Positions 30,405 through 41,254 of a DNA stretch of 64,000 nucleotides are shown in pieces (within the stretch, counting starts at the first letter, position 1; the number at the start of each line of letters is the position of its first letter). The notes under the pieces were generated by a model. The model did no database searches. It was not told the DNA's origin and was given only the letters and a program-made list of their open reading frames with translations. Source of the DNA: Candidatus Foliamicus sp. (lineage in GTDB: Bacteria > Pseudomonadota > Gammaproteobacteria > Steroidobacterales > Foliamicaceae); assembly GCA_965221325.1 (NCBI GenBank), contig OZ244880.1. The stretch is one strand, 5' to 3'. Made by a program: the position numbers and the translations under genes.

Positions 30405-30863
30405 TCAGGATTCGCGGGAAATCAGCATGAGCAGTTGCTGCGCCACCCATGCGGGCTTTTCCTCGCCTTCAATCTCCATGTGTTTTTCGAGTCGAATCAC
30501 TACCCGTCCCGCGCCGCGGTCACGGACCTCGGCAAGCGTTGCGTGGACGCGCACACGCGAATCCACTGAAACGGGGTTGATGAACCTGAGCCTGTCCAAT
30601 CCGTAGTTGATCACGAAACCCAGGTCGTCGAAATCCGACAAGTCGGGCGACTCGAGGTGTACCGACAGTGAGAGGGTCAGGAAACCGTGCGCAATGGTGG
30701 TGGCGAATGGAGTGTCGCGCGCCACCCGCTCGGAGTCGAGGTGGATGAACTGATGGTCTGCAGTGCAGTCGGCGAATGCGTTGATGCGCGCCTGGTCGAT
30801 GCGCAGCCAAGGCGATGGAGCAAGCTGCCGCCCCTCCCAATCTTTCAGGTTTTCGATCTTCAC
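30405..30863 (-). CDS. MaoC-like (R)-specific enoyl-CoA hydratase / hot-dog dehydratase
   Basis: Hot-dog fold features (FADCTADHQFIHLD, TIAHGFLTLS). Trimmed to GTG 30863 (VKIENLKDW) to give the usual ~150 aa. The track ORF extends to 30932. Confidence 0.75.
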   Translation of the reverse strand: MKIENLKDWEGRQLAPSPWLRIDQARINAFADCTADHQFIHLDSERVARDTPFATTIAHGFLTLSLSVHLESPDLSDFDDLGFVINYGLDRLRFINPVSVDSRVRVHATLAEVRDRGAGRVVIRLEKHMEIEGEEKPAWVAQQLLMLISRES

Positions 30864-30952
30864 CGAACGCGCCTCACCGCCGCCCAACAACCAAGCCGAA
30901 GCCGAAAAAAGTATAGTATAGGAACTTGGCAAGACTTACGGGAGTGCACTTG

Positions 30953-31900
30953 ATGGGCGCACAAGAAGTTCGCAATACCGGTGTCTGGGGTTGGCTGATA
31001 TGGGCGTTTGCTCGGCCGCCTTTCATCGGCCTTTTCCCTTTTGCGGTGTTTTTCGTGTCACAAGGCCTGGGGCACTCGGTGATGATCCAGATTGAGGACT
31101 CCGTGGGCGAGCCGGGCATGTATTACGCCGCCGGCGCGATGGGCCTGGTTGGCGCCGTATTGCTCTGGCTCGGCATGCGGCAAAACAGCGAGGTCAGCGG
31201 CACCTGGCTCGGCTATTTCGCCGCCTGGCTGCTGTGGACCGGCTGGGTGGAATTTTCCTTCGTCTATTACTCACGCTGGCTGGGCGTTGCGCCGCTGCTG
31301 GACGAGGCCGGAGAAGTCGCGACCAACCCGGAATACCTCGTGATGATGTCCTCGCTGGGCGTTATGCTGGCCACCTTGGTTTACTTTATATTCAACCGCG
31401 AGACGCGCTGCAATTTCTTTCGCTGGTGTCATCGCTGGCTGGGTATGGGCACCGGCAAGCCGACCGAGGGGCACAAGCGCAATTTTGCGGCGATTACCGC
31501 CCTGGAAACGATTTATCTGATCTGGTTCTTCTACCTGTTCCTGTTGGTGATTTACGACGAAAACGTGCTCGGCGACACCCATCCGATCACCTATGGCATA
31601 GCCGCTCTCAACGCTGTGTGGGCAATCTATCTGCTGCAGCGCCTGTTGCGCTTCCGCCGCGTGGCGACCGCGCTCAGATACTCTATCGCTACCGCAATCA
31701 TCGCCTGGAACGCATACGAGTTCGTGGGACGCTGGGGATGGGTTGGCGATTTCTTCGTGCAGCCGGAAAAATACGGATGGCAGATTCTCGGCCTGGGAGT
31801 GCTGTCGCTCGCGATAGTCGCCTTCTGCCTGTTCATGCCCGCGGGCAAACGCGAGCGCGAGCGGGTGGCCGTGATGGAACGGGAACTCAGCGCGGGCTAG
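30953..31900 (+). CDS. Polytopic membrane protein of unknown function (Trp-rich)
   Basis: ATG with GGGAG 8 nt upstream. About 8 hydrophobic segments. Coding-like composition. I recognise no motif. Confidence 0.6.
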   Translation: MGAQEVRNTGVWGWLIWAFARPPFIGLFPFAVFFVSQGLGHSVMIQIEDSVGEPGMYYAAGAMGLVGAVLLWLGMRQNSEVSGTWLGYFAAWLLWTGWVEFSFVYYSRWLGVAPLLDEAGEVATNPEYLVMMSSLGVMLATLVYFIFNRETRCNFFRWCHRWLGMGTGKPTEGHKRNFAAITALETIYLIWFFYLFLLVIYDENVLGDTHPITYGIAALNAVWAIYLLQRLLRFRRVATALRYSIATAIIAWNAYEFVGRWGWVGDFFVQPEKYGWQILGLGVLSLAIVAFCLFMPAGKRERERVAVMERELSAG

Positions 31901-31958
31901 GCCCGATTGCCGTCCTTCTGCTGCGGGCTTGCCGCGGGTTGGCCTGCGTCCGATGACC

Positions 31959-33716
31959 ATGCGATCCCACTACTGCGGCGAACTTCGCAACGCTCTCGCC
32001 GGACAGCCGGTCGAGTTGTGCGGTTGGGTTAACGGCAGGCGCGATCATGGCGGCGTGATCTTTATCGATCTGCGCGACCGGGAGGGTATCGTGCAACTGG
32101 TCTGCAACCCCGAGCAGGCCGAAGTCTTCGCCACCGCCGACAAGGTTCGCACGGAGTATGTGCTGCGCGCCAAAGGCTTGCTTCGCACCCGCCCCGAGGG
32201 CACCGCCAATCCGGAATTGGCGACCGGCGAAGTCGAGGTAGTGGCGGACACGCTGGAGATCCTTTCCGCGGCTCGCGACCTGCCCTTTCATCACGGGGAA
32301 CATGCCGGCGAAGAGCTGCGCTTGAAGTATCGCTACCTCGACTTGCGCCGACCGGAAATGCTCGACCGGCTGCGCCTGCGTCACAAGGTATTCGCGGCAA
32401 TTCGCGCCTTTCTCGACCAGCGCGGTTTCGTGGACGTGGAAACGCCCTTGCTGACCCGCGCCACGCCGGAAGGCGCGCGTGACTTCCTGGCTCCGGCGCG
32501 CAACCGCCCGGAGTGCTTCTATGCACTGCCCCAGTCTCCGCAACTGTTCAAGCAGTTGCTGATGATGTCGGGCCTGGACCGCTACTACCAGATTGCGCGC
32601 TGCTTTCGCGACGAGGATCTGCGGGCCGACCGGCAACCCGAATTCACGCAGCTCGACGTGGAGATGTCGTTCGTGGATGAGGCGGAAGTCACGGACCTGA
32701 TGGAAACGCTGGTGCGCAGTGTGTTTGCGGAAGTGCTGGACGTTAGCTTGCCTGATCCCTTCCCGCGCATGACCTACGCCGAGGCCATGTTGCGCTACGC
32801 CAGCGATGCGCCTGATTTGCGCAACCCGCTGGAACTGGTGGAGCTCAGCGATGTTCTGCGGGAGGCCGAGTTCAAGGTGCTTTCTGCGCCTGCCAAGGAC
32901 CCTGCCTGCCGGGTAGCCGCGCTACGCATCCCGGGCGCAGCGGACATGACCCGGCGCGAACTTGATGAGTTGACCGGCTTCGTTCAGGCGATGGGCGCCA
33001 AGGGCATGGCCTGGATCAAGGTAGCCGAGCCAGCAAGTGGCCGCGCCGGCATGCAATCGCCGATTCTGAAGTTCCTCGGCGACTCCGAAATCACGGCGGT
33101 GGCCGAGCAAACGGCCGCAGGCGCCGGCGATCTGCTGGTGTTCGGCGCGGGACACGCAGCAATCGTCAATCGCACGCTTGCGGCGCTGCGGGACCGGCTG
33201 GGGCGGGAAAGGAAGCTGATCAAGCCCGGCTGGGCGCCGCTGTGGGTAACGGATTTTCCGGCTTTCGAGTTCGACGAGGACGAAAAGCGATGGAATGCTT
33301 TGCATCATCCGTTCACCGCGCCGAGCGTGGCCTCGCCGGAGGAATTACTGGAACAGCCGGCCGCGGCGTTGTCACGCGCCTATGACATGGTCCTGAATGG
33401 CCACGAAATCGGCGGCGGTTCGATACGCATACATCAGCGCGAAATGCAGATGGCCGTATTCGAGTTGTTGGGGCTATCGCCGGAGGAAGCGAAGCAGAAA
33501 TTCGGCTTTTTCCTCAAGGCATTGGAATTCGGCGTACCGCCGCACGGCGGCATCGCGTTCGGCCTCGACCGCTGGGTCATGCTGATGGCCGAGGCCGAAT
33601 CGATCCGCGAGGTCATCGCTTTCCCCAAGACGCAGTCCGGCGCCTGCCCACTCACCGAGGCGCCGGCAACGGTGGAAGCCAAGCAATGGCGTGAGCTGGG
33701 CATACGCCCGATATAA
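31959..33716 (+). CDS. aspS: Aspartate--tRNA ligase
   Basis: Trimmed to [10 protein letters not shown]. Class II motifs [18 protein letters not shown] and GGGSIRIH. Confidence 0.95.
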   Translation: MRSHYCGELRNALAGQPVELCGWVNGRRDHGGVIFIDLRDREGIVQLVCNPEQAEVFATADKVRTEYVLRAKGLLRTRPEGTANPELATGEVEVVADTLEILSAARDLPFHHGEHAGEELRLKYRYLDLRRPEMLDRLRLRHKVFAAIRAFLDQRGFVDVETPLLTRATPEGARDFLAPARNRPECFYALPQSPQLFKQLLMMSGLDRYYQIARCFRDEDLRADRQPEFTQLDVEMSFVDEAEVTDLMETLVRSVFAEVLDVSLPDPFPRMTYAEAMLRYASDAPDLRNPLELVELSDVLREAEFKVLSAPAKDPACRVAALRIPGAADMTRRELDELTGFVQAMGAKGMAWIKVAEPASGRAGMQSPILKFLGDSEITAVAEQTAAGAGDLLVFGAGHAAIVNRTLAALRDRLGRERKLIKPGWAPLWVTDFPAFEFDEDEKRWNALHHPFTAPSVASPEELLEQPAAALSRAYDMVLNGHEIGGGSIRIHQREMQMAVFELLGLSPEEAKQKFGFFLKALEFGVPPHGGIAFGLDRWVMLMAEAESIREVIAFPKTQSGACPLTEAPATVEAKQWRELGIRPI

Positions 33717-33781
33717 AATTTCTCCTCGCCTGGCCTGGAATACGGTGAGATTCCGAGCTAAGAGTCCTCCCTGCCGACACT

Positions 33782-34129
33782 ATGCCGATTTACGAATACG
33801 AATGCCGCGACTGTGGGCGGCGGCTGGATGCGCTGCGCAAGATCAGCGATCCACCGCTCACGGACTGTCCCGAATGCGGGCGCCCCAGCCTCAAAAAGCT
33901 GCTCTCGGCGCCGCACTTTCGGCTCAAGGGGAGCGGGTGGTACGAGACTGACTTCAAGCACAGCGGGCGCGAAAAACCGGCCGGCGAAGCAACCGCTGGC
34001 GAGGCCAAGGCGGGTGCGGAGAATGGCAAGACGGCGGGCAAGGGAAAGGACTCCGCGCAAAGCTCCAGCGGCGGGGACTCGGCGAAGTCCAAGAGCACTG
34101 CCAGCGGCGCTTCCGCCGACTCGGGCTGA
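33782..34129 (+). CDS. FmdB-family zinc-ribbon protein with a low-complexity tail
   Basis: MPIYEYECRDCG...CPECG double CxxC ribbon, followed by a ~60-aa Gly/Ala/Lys/Ser-rich tail. Confidence 0.8.
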   Translation: MPIYEYECRDCGRRLDALRKISDPPLTDCPECGRPSLKKLLSAPHFRLKGSGWYETDFKHSGREKPAGEATAGEAKAGAENGKTAGKGKDSAQSSSGGDSAKSKSTASGASADSG

Positions 34130-34140
34130 ATGCGGCTCGC

Positions 34141-34821
34141 GTGAGCGGTAAGCGCAAATCGAACCTGCTGCCGCGCCTGCGGCGGATGCTGGTGGCGGGC
34201 ATGCTGGTCTGGGTCCCGGTGGGGATCACCGTATTCATAATCCGCGTCCTGATAAACCTTGCAGACCAGACGCTGGCCTTGGTACCACCGCAATACCGGC
34301 CGGAGGAACTGGTAGGCCGCCCGATTCCGGGACTGGGCGTGGTACTGAGCGTTGTGTTGCTCCTGGTTACGGGACTGGTGGCGGCAAACGTGTTTGGAAA
34401 GCGCATCATTGCGTTGTGGGAAGCGGTGCTGCAAAGAATTCCGCTGGTGCGAACGATCTACACGGCCGCCAAGGGCTTCCTGGAAATGGTGCTGAGCGGC
34501 CAGCACGACTCGTTCAGCAAGGTGCTGCTGATCGAATATCCGCGCCGGGGCGTTCACTGCATTGCGTTTCAGACATCCAGCACGGTGGGGCCGCTCGACA
34601 AGCACTTCGACGAGAAGTGCGTATGCGTGTTTGTGCCTACCACGCCCAATCCCACCTCCGGCTTCCTGGTGCTGGCGCCCGAGAACGACCTGATCGAGAT
34701 CGACATGAGTGTCGAGGACGCGATCAAGCTGGTGGTTTCGGTGGGCGTCGTCGTGCCGGATCCGTCCAAACTGCCGAGGGCGGCGCCCCGGCAGACGAGC
34801 CCGGCCTCAAACAACCCATGA
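34141..34821 (+). CDS. DUF502-family membrane protein
   Basis: RLRRMLVAGMLVWVPVGITVFIIRVL..., two N-terminal TM segments and PTTPNPTSGF, characteristic of DUF502. GTG start. Confidence 0.8.
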   Translation: MSGKRKSNLLPRLRRMLVAGMLVWVPVGITVFIIRVLINLADQTLALVPPQYRPEELVGRPIPGLGVVLSVVLLLVTGLVAANVFGKRIIALWEAVLQRIPLVRTIYTAAKGFLEMVLSGQHDSFSKVLLIEYPRRGVHCIAFQTSSTVGPLDKHFDEKCVCVFVPTTPNPTSGFLVLAPENDLIEIDMSVEDAIKLVVSVGVVVPDPSKLPRAAPRQTSPASNNP

Positions 34822-35645
34822 ACGCGGCTTCACGCGCCGCTTCGGTCATCTTCAGCACCTATCGTCAGCCGGACTGGCTGCGCAAGGTGCTATGTGGTTT
34901 TGCCGCGCAAACGCATGACGACTTCGAAATTCTGGTAGCGGATGATGGCTCCGGTGCGGAAACGGCTGATGTAATCCGTTCCGTCTGCGCCAAGACCCGG
35001 CTCAGGATCGCGCATGTTTGGCAGCGCGACACCGGGTTCCGCAAGTGCAGGATTCTCAACAAAGCCATAGCGAGATCCCGCGGCGCCTACCTGATATTCA
35101 CGGACGGCGACTGCATTCCGCATCCCGAGTTCGTGGCGCGGCACCTTGCTTTCGCCGAACCAAAGCGTTTTCTGTCGGGCGGGCTATTGCGCCTGCCGCC
35201 GGGATTGTCTCACCGCATCGAGGTTGACGACATCACGTCGGGGCGAGCGTTTTCGGTCGGCTGGCTGCGCAGCCAGGGGATGCCGCCAACCTACAAGCTA
35301 GTGAAGCTCAGCGCCGGCACGCGGTTCGGCGCCGCTCTGGACTTTATCTCACCGGCAACGGCAGGGTGGAACGGACACAACGCTTCGGGATGGAAGAAAC
35401 ACCTGCTGGCCGCCAACGGCTTCGACGAGCGCATGGGCTACGGCGGCGAGGACCGCGAGCTTGGCGAGCGGCTGGAAAACGCGGGAATTCGGGGCAAACG
35501 CATTCGCCACCGGATACCCTGCCTGCACCTCGATCACCCGCGCGGCTACGTGGATTCGGACATCCGCGCCGCCAATCAGGCGATTCGCGCTGAAACCAGG
35601 CGCACCAGACGCACCCGCACCGGGCACGGCATCGCGCAACTTTAG
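34818..35645 (+). CDS. Family 2 glycosyltransferase
   Basis: ATGA overlap with the DUF502 stop. SVIFSTYRQPDWL...FEILVADDGS, FTDGDC (DxD-like) and GGEDRELGERL. The track ORF's upstream 134 codons overlap DUF502 out of frame and are discarded. Confidence 0.8.
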   Translation: MNAASRAASVIFSTYRQPDWLRKVLCGFAAQTHDDFEILVADDGSGAETADVIRSVCAKTRLRIAHVWQRDTGFRKCRILNKAIARSRGAYLIFTDGDCIPHPEFVARHLAFAEPKRFLSGGLLRLPPGLSHRIEVDDITSGRAFSVGWLRSQGMPPTYKLVKLSAGTRFGAALDFISPATAGWNGHNASGWKKHLLAANGFDERMGYGGEDRELGERLENAGIRGKRIRHRIPCLHLDHPRGYVDSDIRAANQAIRAETRRTRRTRTGHGIAQL

Positions 35646-35672
35646 CCCCGGAATCTGGTGAGATTCCGGGGC
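35645..35672. terminator. Bidirectional intrinsic-terminator-like hairpin between convergent genes
   Basis: Perfect 11-bp inverted repeat GCCCCGGAATC-tggtga-GATTCCGGGGC fills the 36-nt gap between the GT2 stop and the M16 peptidase stop. It has no strong U-tract. Confidence 0.55.
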
Positions 35673-35681
35673 TAGCCCGCT

Positions 35682-38471
35682 TCAGGAAGCAGGCTCGGCC
35701 GCAGCGGTCGCGTCGCCGGCTTCGGCCTTGGCCTTGTCGCCGGCAATGAAGATAACGAAATCATCCGCCTGGTAGTAATTCCGGAAGGTATCGTTGACTT
35801 CCTCAAGCGTCAGTGCCTTGTAGCGCTCATGCATGGCTCCGCGCCACTCCGCGCCGAGGCCGTACCTGGCGCCGGAGCGCAGGACGCTGCTCAAGGCCGA
35901 GTCGCTTGACCAGGAGCTCAAATCGCTGGAGATGGTGCCTTCCACAGCGTCCTGCAGTTCTTCCGCCGTGAACCCGTCTTCGAGGGCCCGCTGCAATTCC
36001 TCCAGCGCTCCCGCCTTGACCTTGGACAGGTTCTCCGGGGCCGCGATCGCCTGTATGAACAGCGAGCCGTTATCGTCGCCTTCCCTGCTGGCCGCATTCA
36101 CTCCGCCGCCAGCGCCGTACGACCATCCTTCCTTCTGGCGCAGGCGGTCAATCAGGCGGTTGCTGAGTCCGCCGCCACCAAAAATGCGCGCGCCGATAGT
36201 CAGGGCAGCGTAGTCCTCGTCCCTGACGTTTTTGGGTATCGGGAGTGCTGCAATCATGACCCCGTTAGCCTTGTCGGGCGTGTCCAGCCAAGCCTGCCGG
36301 GACTCTACCGGGTAATGACTGCTGGGCGCCGGCACATAGGCCACCGATGCTTCCCAATCGCCGAACAAGTCATTCAACCGCGCCGCCAACTCGCCGGAAT
36401 CGACATTGCCGACCGCAGATGCGATAGCGCCCTGAAAGCCCACCTGCGAACTCCAGAATTCGGCCAAGGCGTCACGATTCATGTTGCGGATCATGCGTTC
36501 CTGCTCGTCCAGGTCCATGGCGTAGCGAAAGTGATCGGGGCCATAGGGGCTCAGCGTCTTGGACAAGGCAATCGAGGCAACGCTCTGAGGCTGGCCGCGC
36601 GACCCGGCGATACTCGCCAGTGCCGAACGTTTGACTTCTTCCAGTTGGCCAGGGTCGAACAGCGGTTCGCGCAAGACGTGCGCCATTAGCGCCAGCGCTT
36701 CGTCGAAGTTTTGCTCGTCCGTTTGCAGCGAGGCAAAAATCTGCTGTCCTCCGGCACTCACACCCATGCTGCTCTTGAGCCGGTTCCATTCGGTGGCCAA
36801 CTCATCTCGGGTGTAGCGGGTGGTGCCGCGCTGTAGCTGTCCGGCTGCGTAGCCGGGCACTCCGTGTTTTCCGGCCAAGCTCTCCTCGCTGCCGAAGAAT
36901 AGCTCCAAGGCAACGGTAATCTGATCGCCACGCGATTTTTTCTCGATAGCCCAGAGCGTCCCGCCGCCTGCCAGGTCGTGCTTGACAGTGCGGGCGGCAA
37001 TGTTCTCCGGCGTGGGAACGAATTCCTCGCCGGCGCTGACCGACTGGCGGCCTGCGAGCGCCGCAAGTTCGGCGCTTTGATCACCGCGCGAGGCGACCAG
37101 AGACCGATCCGGGCTTTCGGTGGGTATGAACTTACCCGCAGTGCGGTTGCTGCGCTTGAAGTGCTTTGCCGCCGCCGCGTTGAGATCATCGACGGTAAGC
37201 GCATCCAACTGGTCACGATAAAGAAACAGGTGGCGCCAGTCGCCCGAGGCGATGCTTTCGGAGAGCCTGCGGCCCAGAAAGCCAACGCTCTTGATCGCGT
37301 TGTCGTATCCCGCAACCATCGAAAGCCGCGCCCATTCGAGTTCTTCCGGAGTAATCGGTTCCTCGCTCACACCTTCCGCCACGTCCAGCAAGGCATCCAG
37401 AACCTCCTGCGCCTCGCCGTCCACCGGCACCGTGGCGCTCAAGGTGAACAGGCCTGGAAAGGCAAACGAATCGGCGTTAGCGCCGGCGGAGGCGGCAATG
37501 CCCGGCTCGACCAGCTTGCGGTACAAGCGTCCGCGGCTGGGGTCACTCAGAATCTGCCCAACCACGGCCAGGGCCGTGTTCTCGAAGGTAGCCCCCGCGG
37601 GAATGTGGTAGGCGCCCATAACCAGACTCTGTTCTCCCACCCTGCGCAAGGTCACGAGCCGCTCGCCGTCCTGGACCGGTTCGACGGTGTATATCCGCGG
37701 CAACTCGCGCTCCGGCGCCGGGATGGCGCCGAACGAGTCGGCGATGATGACGGCAGCCTCCTGGGGATCGAAGTCGCCGGCCACGATCAGCGTGGCGTTG
37801 TCCGGCTGGTAGTACATGCGGTAGAAAGCCTGCAGGCGGCCGATGTCCACGCCTTCGACGTCCGAGCGCGCCCCTATCGTCGTGTTGCCGTAGTTGTGCC
37901 ATTCGTAGGCCGCCGCCCGGACGCGCTGATACAGCATCCCTCCCGGACTGTTTTCGCCCCGCTCCATTTCGTTGCGAACCACCGAAAACTCGGATTGAAG
38001 ATCGTCATAGGAAATATAGGAGTTGACCATGCGGTCGGCTTCCATGCGCAGCGCCCACTCCAGGTTGTCGCCGGTGGGCTCGAAACTCTCGAAATAGTTG
38101 GTACGGTCCAGCCAGGTGGTGCCATTGAACCCCATACCGCGCTCGGAAAATCCCTTGGGGATCTCGGGATAGTCGGGAGTGCCCTTGAAGAGCAGGTGCT
38201 CCAACAGGTGCGCCATGCCGGTTTCGCCGTAGTTCTCGTGCATGGAGCCGACGTGATAGGTCACGTTTACGGTGACGCTGGCCTGCGAGTCGTCGGGAAA
38301 CAACAGTACCTGCAAGCCGTTGGGCAGCGCGTACTCGTGAATGCCTTCCACGCTGGTGACATATTCGAAGCCCCGTTCGCCGCCGGCGATGCCAAGCGGG
38401 TCGTCCGCAATTGCCGAAGCCGGAACGGCCAGCATCAACAAAACAAGCCCTTTGCGTAATTTATTCATCAT
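35682..38471 (-). CDS. Exported M16-family zinc peptidase (tandem M16 units in one ~929-aa chain)
   Basis: Trimmed to MMNKLRKGLVLLMLAVPASA (SD AGAGGAA). HxxEH zinc motif GMAHLLEHLLFKGT. The second half repeats the M16 fold. Confidence 0.85.
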   Translation of the reverse strand: MMNKLRKGLVLLMLAVPASAIADDPLGIAGGERGFEYVTSVEGIHEYALPNGLQVLLFPDDSQASVTVNVTYHVGSMHENYGETGMAHLLEHLLFKGTPDYPEIPKGFSERGMGFNGTTWLDRTNYFESFEPTGDNLEWALRMEADRMVNSYISYDDLQSEFSVVRNEMERGENSPGGMLYQRVRAAAYEWHNYGNTTIGARSDVEGVDIGRLQAFYRMYYQPDNATLIVAGDFDPQEAAVIIADSFGAIPAPERELPRIYTVEPVQDGERLVTLRRVGEQSLVMGAYHIPAGATFENTALAVVGQILSDPSRGRLYRKLVEPGIAASAGANADSFAFPGLFTLSATVPVDGEAQEVLDALLDVAEGVSEEPITPEELEWARLSMVAGYDNAIKSVGFLGRRLSESIASGDWRHLFLYRDQLDALTVDDLNAAAAKHFKRSNRTAGKFIPTESPDRSLVASRGDQSAELAALAGRQSVSAGEEFVPTPENIAARTVKHDLAGGGTLWAIEKKSRGDQITVALELFFGSEESLAGKHGVPGYAAGQLQRGTTRYTRDELATEWNRLKSSMGVSAGGQQIFASLQTDEQNFDEALALMAHVLREPLFDPGQLEEVKRSALASIAGSRGQPQSVASIALSKTLSPYGPDHFRYAMDLDEQERMIRNMNRDALAEFWSSQVGFQGAIASAVGNVDSGELAARLNDLFGDWEASVAYVPAPSSHYPVESRQAWLDTPDKANGVMIAALPIPKNVRDEDYAALTIGARIFGGGGLSNRLIDRLRQKEGWSYGAGGGVNAASREGDDNGSLFIQAIAAPENLSKVKAGALEELQRALEDGFTAEELQDAVEGTISSDLSSWSSDSALSSVLRSGARYGLGAEWRGAMHERYKALTLEEVNDTFRNYYQADDFVIFIAGDKAKAEAGDATAAAEPAS

Positions 38472-38591
38472 GATTCCTCTTGACGTAAGTCCGCCACCAA
38501 AAGGGACTAGGATACCCGAAGCGCCGACCGCTCCCGAAGCCGCTTTCCGGCCCGCAGGCTCGGCACCACAAATCCAAGCCGCGAACACGGA

Positions 38592-41183
38592 TCAAGCCGC
38601 CTTCGACAGAGGCTTGGAGTCAATCACGGTTTCCCCGTTGCGTTCCCCCACCACCAGCGTCTCACCGGACCTTGCGCCCGCGGCAAGCAGCCATTCGGCC
38701 AGAGGATTTTCCACGTAGTCGCGAATGACCCGCTTTAGCGGCCGGGCCCCGTAGGCCGGTTCATAGCCGAGATCCGACAGACGCACGCGCACGGAATCCT
38801 TCACTTCCAGCCCCAATTCCTGTTGCGCGAGACGCGCAGCCAGGCGGTCGAGCTGAAGATCCACGATCTGGCGGATTTCCGCGCGGTCCAGCGGTTTGAA
38901 CACCACGATATCGTCGATGCGATTCAGGAATTCCGGACGGAAGTGGGACCGCAGTGACGCCATTACCGCGCTCTTCATTTCCGCGTGTTCCGCGCCCGAC
39001 AGCGACTGGATCTGATCGGAGGCCAGGTTGGAGGTCATGATTACAACCGCGTTGCGAAAATCCACGGTGCGCCCCTGGCCATCGGTCAAGCGTCCTTCGT
39101 CGAGCAGTTGCAGCAGGATGTTGAGCGCATCCGGGTGAGCTTTCTCGATCTCATCAAGCAACAGTACGGAGTAAGGCCGGCGCCGCACCGCTTCGGTGAG
39201 TTGGCCGCCCTCGTCGTAGCCCACATAGCCGGGCGGCGCGCCAACCAGCCGCGATACGGCATGTTTTTCCATGTACTCCGACATATCGACGCGCACCATG
39301 GACGCCTCGCTGTCGAAAAGGAACTCGGCCAGCGCCTTGCACAGTTCGGTCTTGCCCACTCCGGTAGGCCCGAGAAACAGGAACGATCCGGTCGGCCGGT
39401 CCGGGTCGGACAACCCGGCGCGGGCGCGGCGGATTGCCCGCGAAACCGCCCTCACCGCTTCGTCCTGACCGATCAGGCGTCGGTGCAATTCTTCTTCCAT
39501 GCCGACCAGCCTTTCCCTCTCGCCGGCGAGCATGCGCGATACCGGAATACCCGTGACGCGGGCTACCACCGCAGCAATGTCCGCCTCCTCGACCCGGCTG
39601 GAAAGCATGGTTTCGGTCGTAGCGTTCGCATCCTGCGCGCGGGATTCGGCCAGCTTGCGCTCCAGTTCCGGGACTACCCCGTACTGCAATTCCGACATCC
39701 GCTGCAGATCCTGACTTCTGCCGGCCTTCTCCAGCGCCACGCGGGCCTCCTCCAGCTTTTCCTTTATTCCTGCAGCCTCCTGCGTGTGCGCCTTCTCCGC
39801 CTGCCAGACCTCCGCTAGACCCGCGTGTTCCTTTTCGCGGCGGCCAATCTCCTCATCCAGGTCGGCGAGTCGCTGGCGCGCGCCTTCGTCTTCGTCCTTG
39901 CGCAAGGCTTCGCGTTCGATCTTCAACTGAACCAGCCGCCGCTCCAGCCGGTCAATGGCTTCCGGCTTGGAATCCATCTGCAGGCGAATCCGGGCGGCCG
40001 CCTCATCCACCAGGTCGATCGCCTTGTCCGGCAGCTTGCGGTCGGTAATGTAGCGTTGCGAAAGCGTGGCGGCGGCCACAATGGCCGCGTCCGCAATCGT
40101 CACGCCATGATGCACTTCGTAGCGCTCCTTGAGCCCGCGAAGGATGGCGACCGTGTCCTCGACGCTGGGTTCGCCGATCAGCACCTTCTGAAAACGCCGC
40201 TCCAGGGCGCCGTCCTTTTCCAGGTGCTTGCGATATTCGTCCAGGGTGGTGGCGCCCACGCAGTGCAATTCGCCGCGCGCCAAGGCGGGCTTGAGCATAT
40301 TGCCAGCGTCCATCGCGCCTTCCGCCTTGCCGGCCCCCACCAGGGTGTGGAGTTCGTCAATGAACAGAATGATGCGGCCATCCTGCTTCGCCAGCTCCTT
40401 CAGCACCGCTTTCAGGCGCTCTTCGAATTCGCCCCGATACTTGGCGCCGGCGATCATGGCGCCGAGATCCAGGCCAAGCAAGCGTTTGTTCTTCAGGCCT
40501 TCCGGGACCTCCTGGTTGGCAATGCGCAAGGCAAGCCCTTCCACTACGGCGGTCTTGCCCACGCCCGGCTCGCCGATCAGCACCGGGTTGTTCTTGGTGC
40601 GGCGCTGCAGGATGTGCATGGTGCGGCGAATCTCCTCGTCGCGGCCGATGATCGGGTCGAGTTTGCCTTCTTCGGCGCGGCGCGTAAGGTCGATGGCGTA
40701 CTTCTCCAGGGCCCCGCGCAGTTCCTCGGCTCCGGCCTCAGTGACCGTTTCGCCGCCGCGCAGTTGATCGATTGCGGTTTCTAGGCGTGCCGGGTCCAGG
40801 CCCGCATCTTTCATGAGGCGCGCATGCTCGCCCTTGTCGCCGGCTGCGGCCAGCAGCAGGATTTCGCTGCTTACGACGCTGTCGCCGCGCTGGCGCGCCA
40901 GCTTGCCGGCCAGGTTCAGCACCCTTGCAAGCGCCGGAGAGGCGTGCAACTCGCTGTCCTGTCCCTGGACGCTCGGCATACGCTGCAACGCATCCGCAAC
41001 TTCGGCCTGCAGTTTGCTGGTGTCAGCGCCAGCGCCCCGCAACAACGGCAGAACTGCGCCGGAATCCTGGTTCAGCAGAGCCTGCAGCGCATGCAAGGGC
41101 TCCAGGAACGGATGGCCGGCATCGACCGCAGCAGCGCGCGCCTCGGCCAGCGCGTCGCGTACGCGATTGGTGAAGTGTTCCAT
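38592..41183 (-). CDS. clpB: Chaperone/disaggregase ClpB
   Basis: Two AAA+ modules (GEPGVGKTA and GPTGVGKTE), a middle coiled coil, 863 aa, and an N-domain that starts at the ATG. Confidence 0.97.
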   Translation of the reverse strand: MEHFTNRVRDALAEARAAAVDAGHPFLEPLHALQALLNQDSGAVLPLLRGAGADTSKLQAEVADALQRMPSVQGQDSELHASPALARVLNLAGKLARQRGDSVVSSEILLLAAAGDKGEHARLMKDAGLDPARLETAIDQLRGGETVTEAGAEELRGALEKYAIDLTRRAEEGKLDPIIGRDEEIRRTMHILQRRTKNNPVLIGEPGVGKTAVVEGLALRIANQEVPEGLKNKRLLGLDLGAMIAGAKYRGEFEERLKAVLKELAKQDGRIILFIDELHTLVGAGKAEGAMDAGNMLKPALARGELHCVGATTLDEYRKHLEKDGALERRFQKVLIGEPSVEDTVAILRGLKERYEVHHGVTIADAAIVAAATLSQRYITDRKLPDKAIDLVDEAAARIRLQMDSKPEAIDRLERRLVQLKIEREALRKDEDEGARQRLADLDEEIGRREKEHAGLAEVWQAEKAHTQEAAGIKEKLEEARVALEKAGRSQDLQRMSELQYGVVPELERKLAESRAQDANATTETMLSSRVEEADIAAVVARVTGIPVSRMLAGERERLVGMEEELHRRLIGQDEAVRAVSRAIRRARAGLSDPDRPTGSFLFLGPTGVGKTELCKALAEFLFDSEASMVRVDMSEYMEKHAVSRLVGAPPGYVGYDEGGQLTEAVRRRPYSVLLLDEIEKAHPDALNILLQLLDEGRLTDGQGRTVDFRNAVVIMTSNLASDQIQSLSGAEHAEMKSAVMASLRSHFRPEFLNRIDDIVVFKPLDRAEIRQIVDLQLDRLAARLAQQELGLEVKDSVRVRLSDLGYEPAYGARPLKRVIRDYVENPLAEWLLAAGARSGETLVVGERNGETVIDSKPLSKAA

Positions 41184-41189
41184 AGCGGG

Positions 41190-41217
41190 GATATAACGCC
41201 CCGAATGCCGAATTCAA
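41190..41217 (-). promoter_or_regulatory. Sigma-70-like hexamer pair immediately upstream of the clpB ATG (candidate only)
   Basis: On the minus strand: TTGAAT (41217-41212), 16-nt spacer, TATATC (41195-41190). Only 6 nt (CCCGCT) lie between the -10 element and the ATG. Confidence 0.25.
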
Positions 41218-41254
41218 CCTGAACCCGAAACTGGAAACTGGCGCAGTATCCGTG

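Noticed and set aside
34416-34817. Upstream extension of the glycosyltransferase ORF
   Set aside because: It overlaps the DUF502 gene in another frame. The GT2 N-terminal motif starts right after ATG 34818, which forms ATGA with the DUF502 stop.
41184-41254. Sigma-32 heat-shock promoter for clpB
   Set aside because: TTGAA is present, but the only CCCC element lies 22 nt downstream (expected 13-17 nt) and abuts the ATG. It does not fit the consensus geometry.
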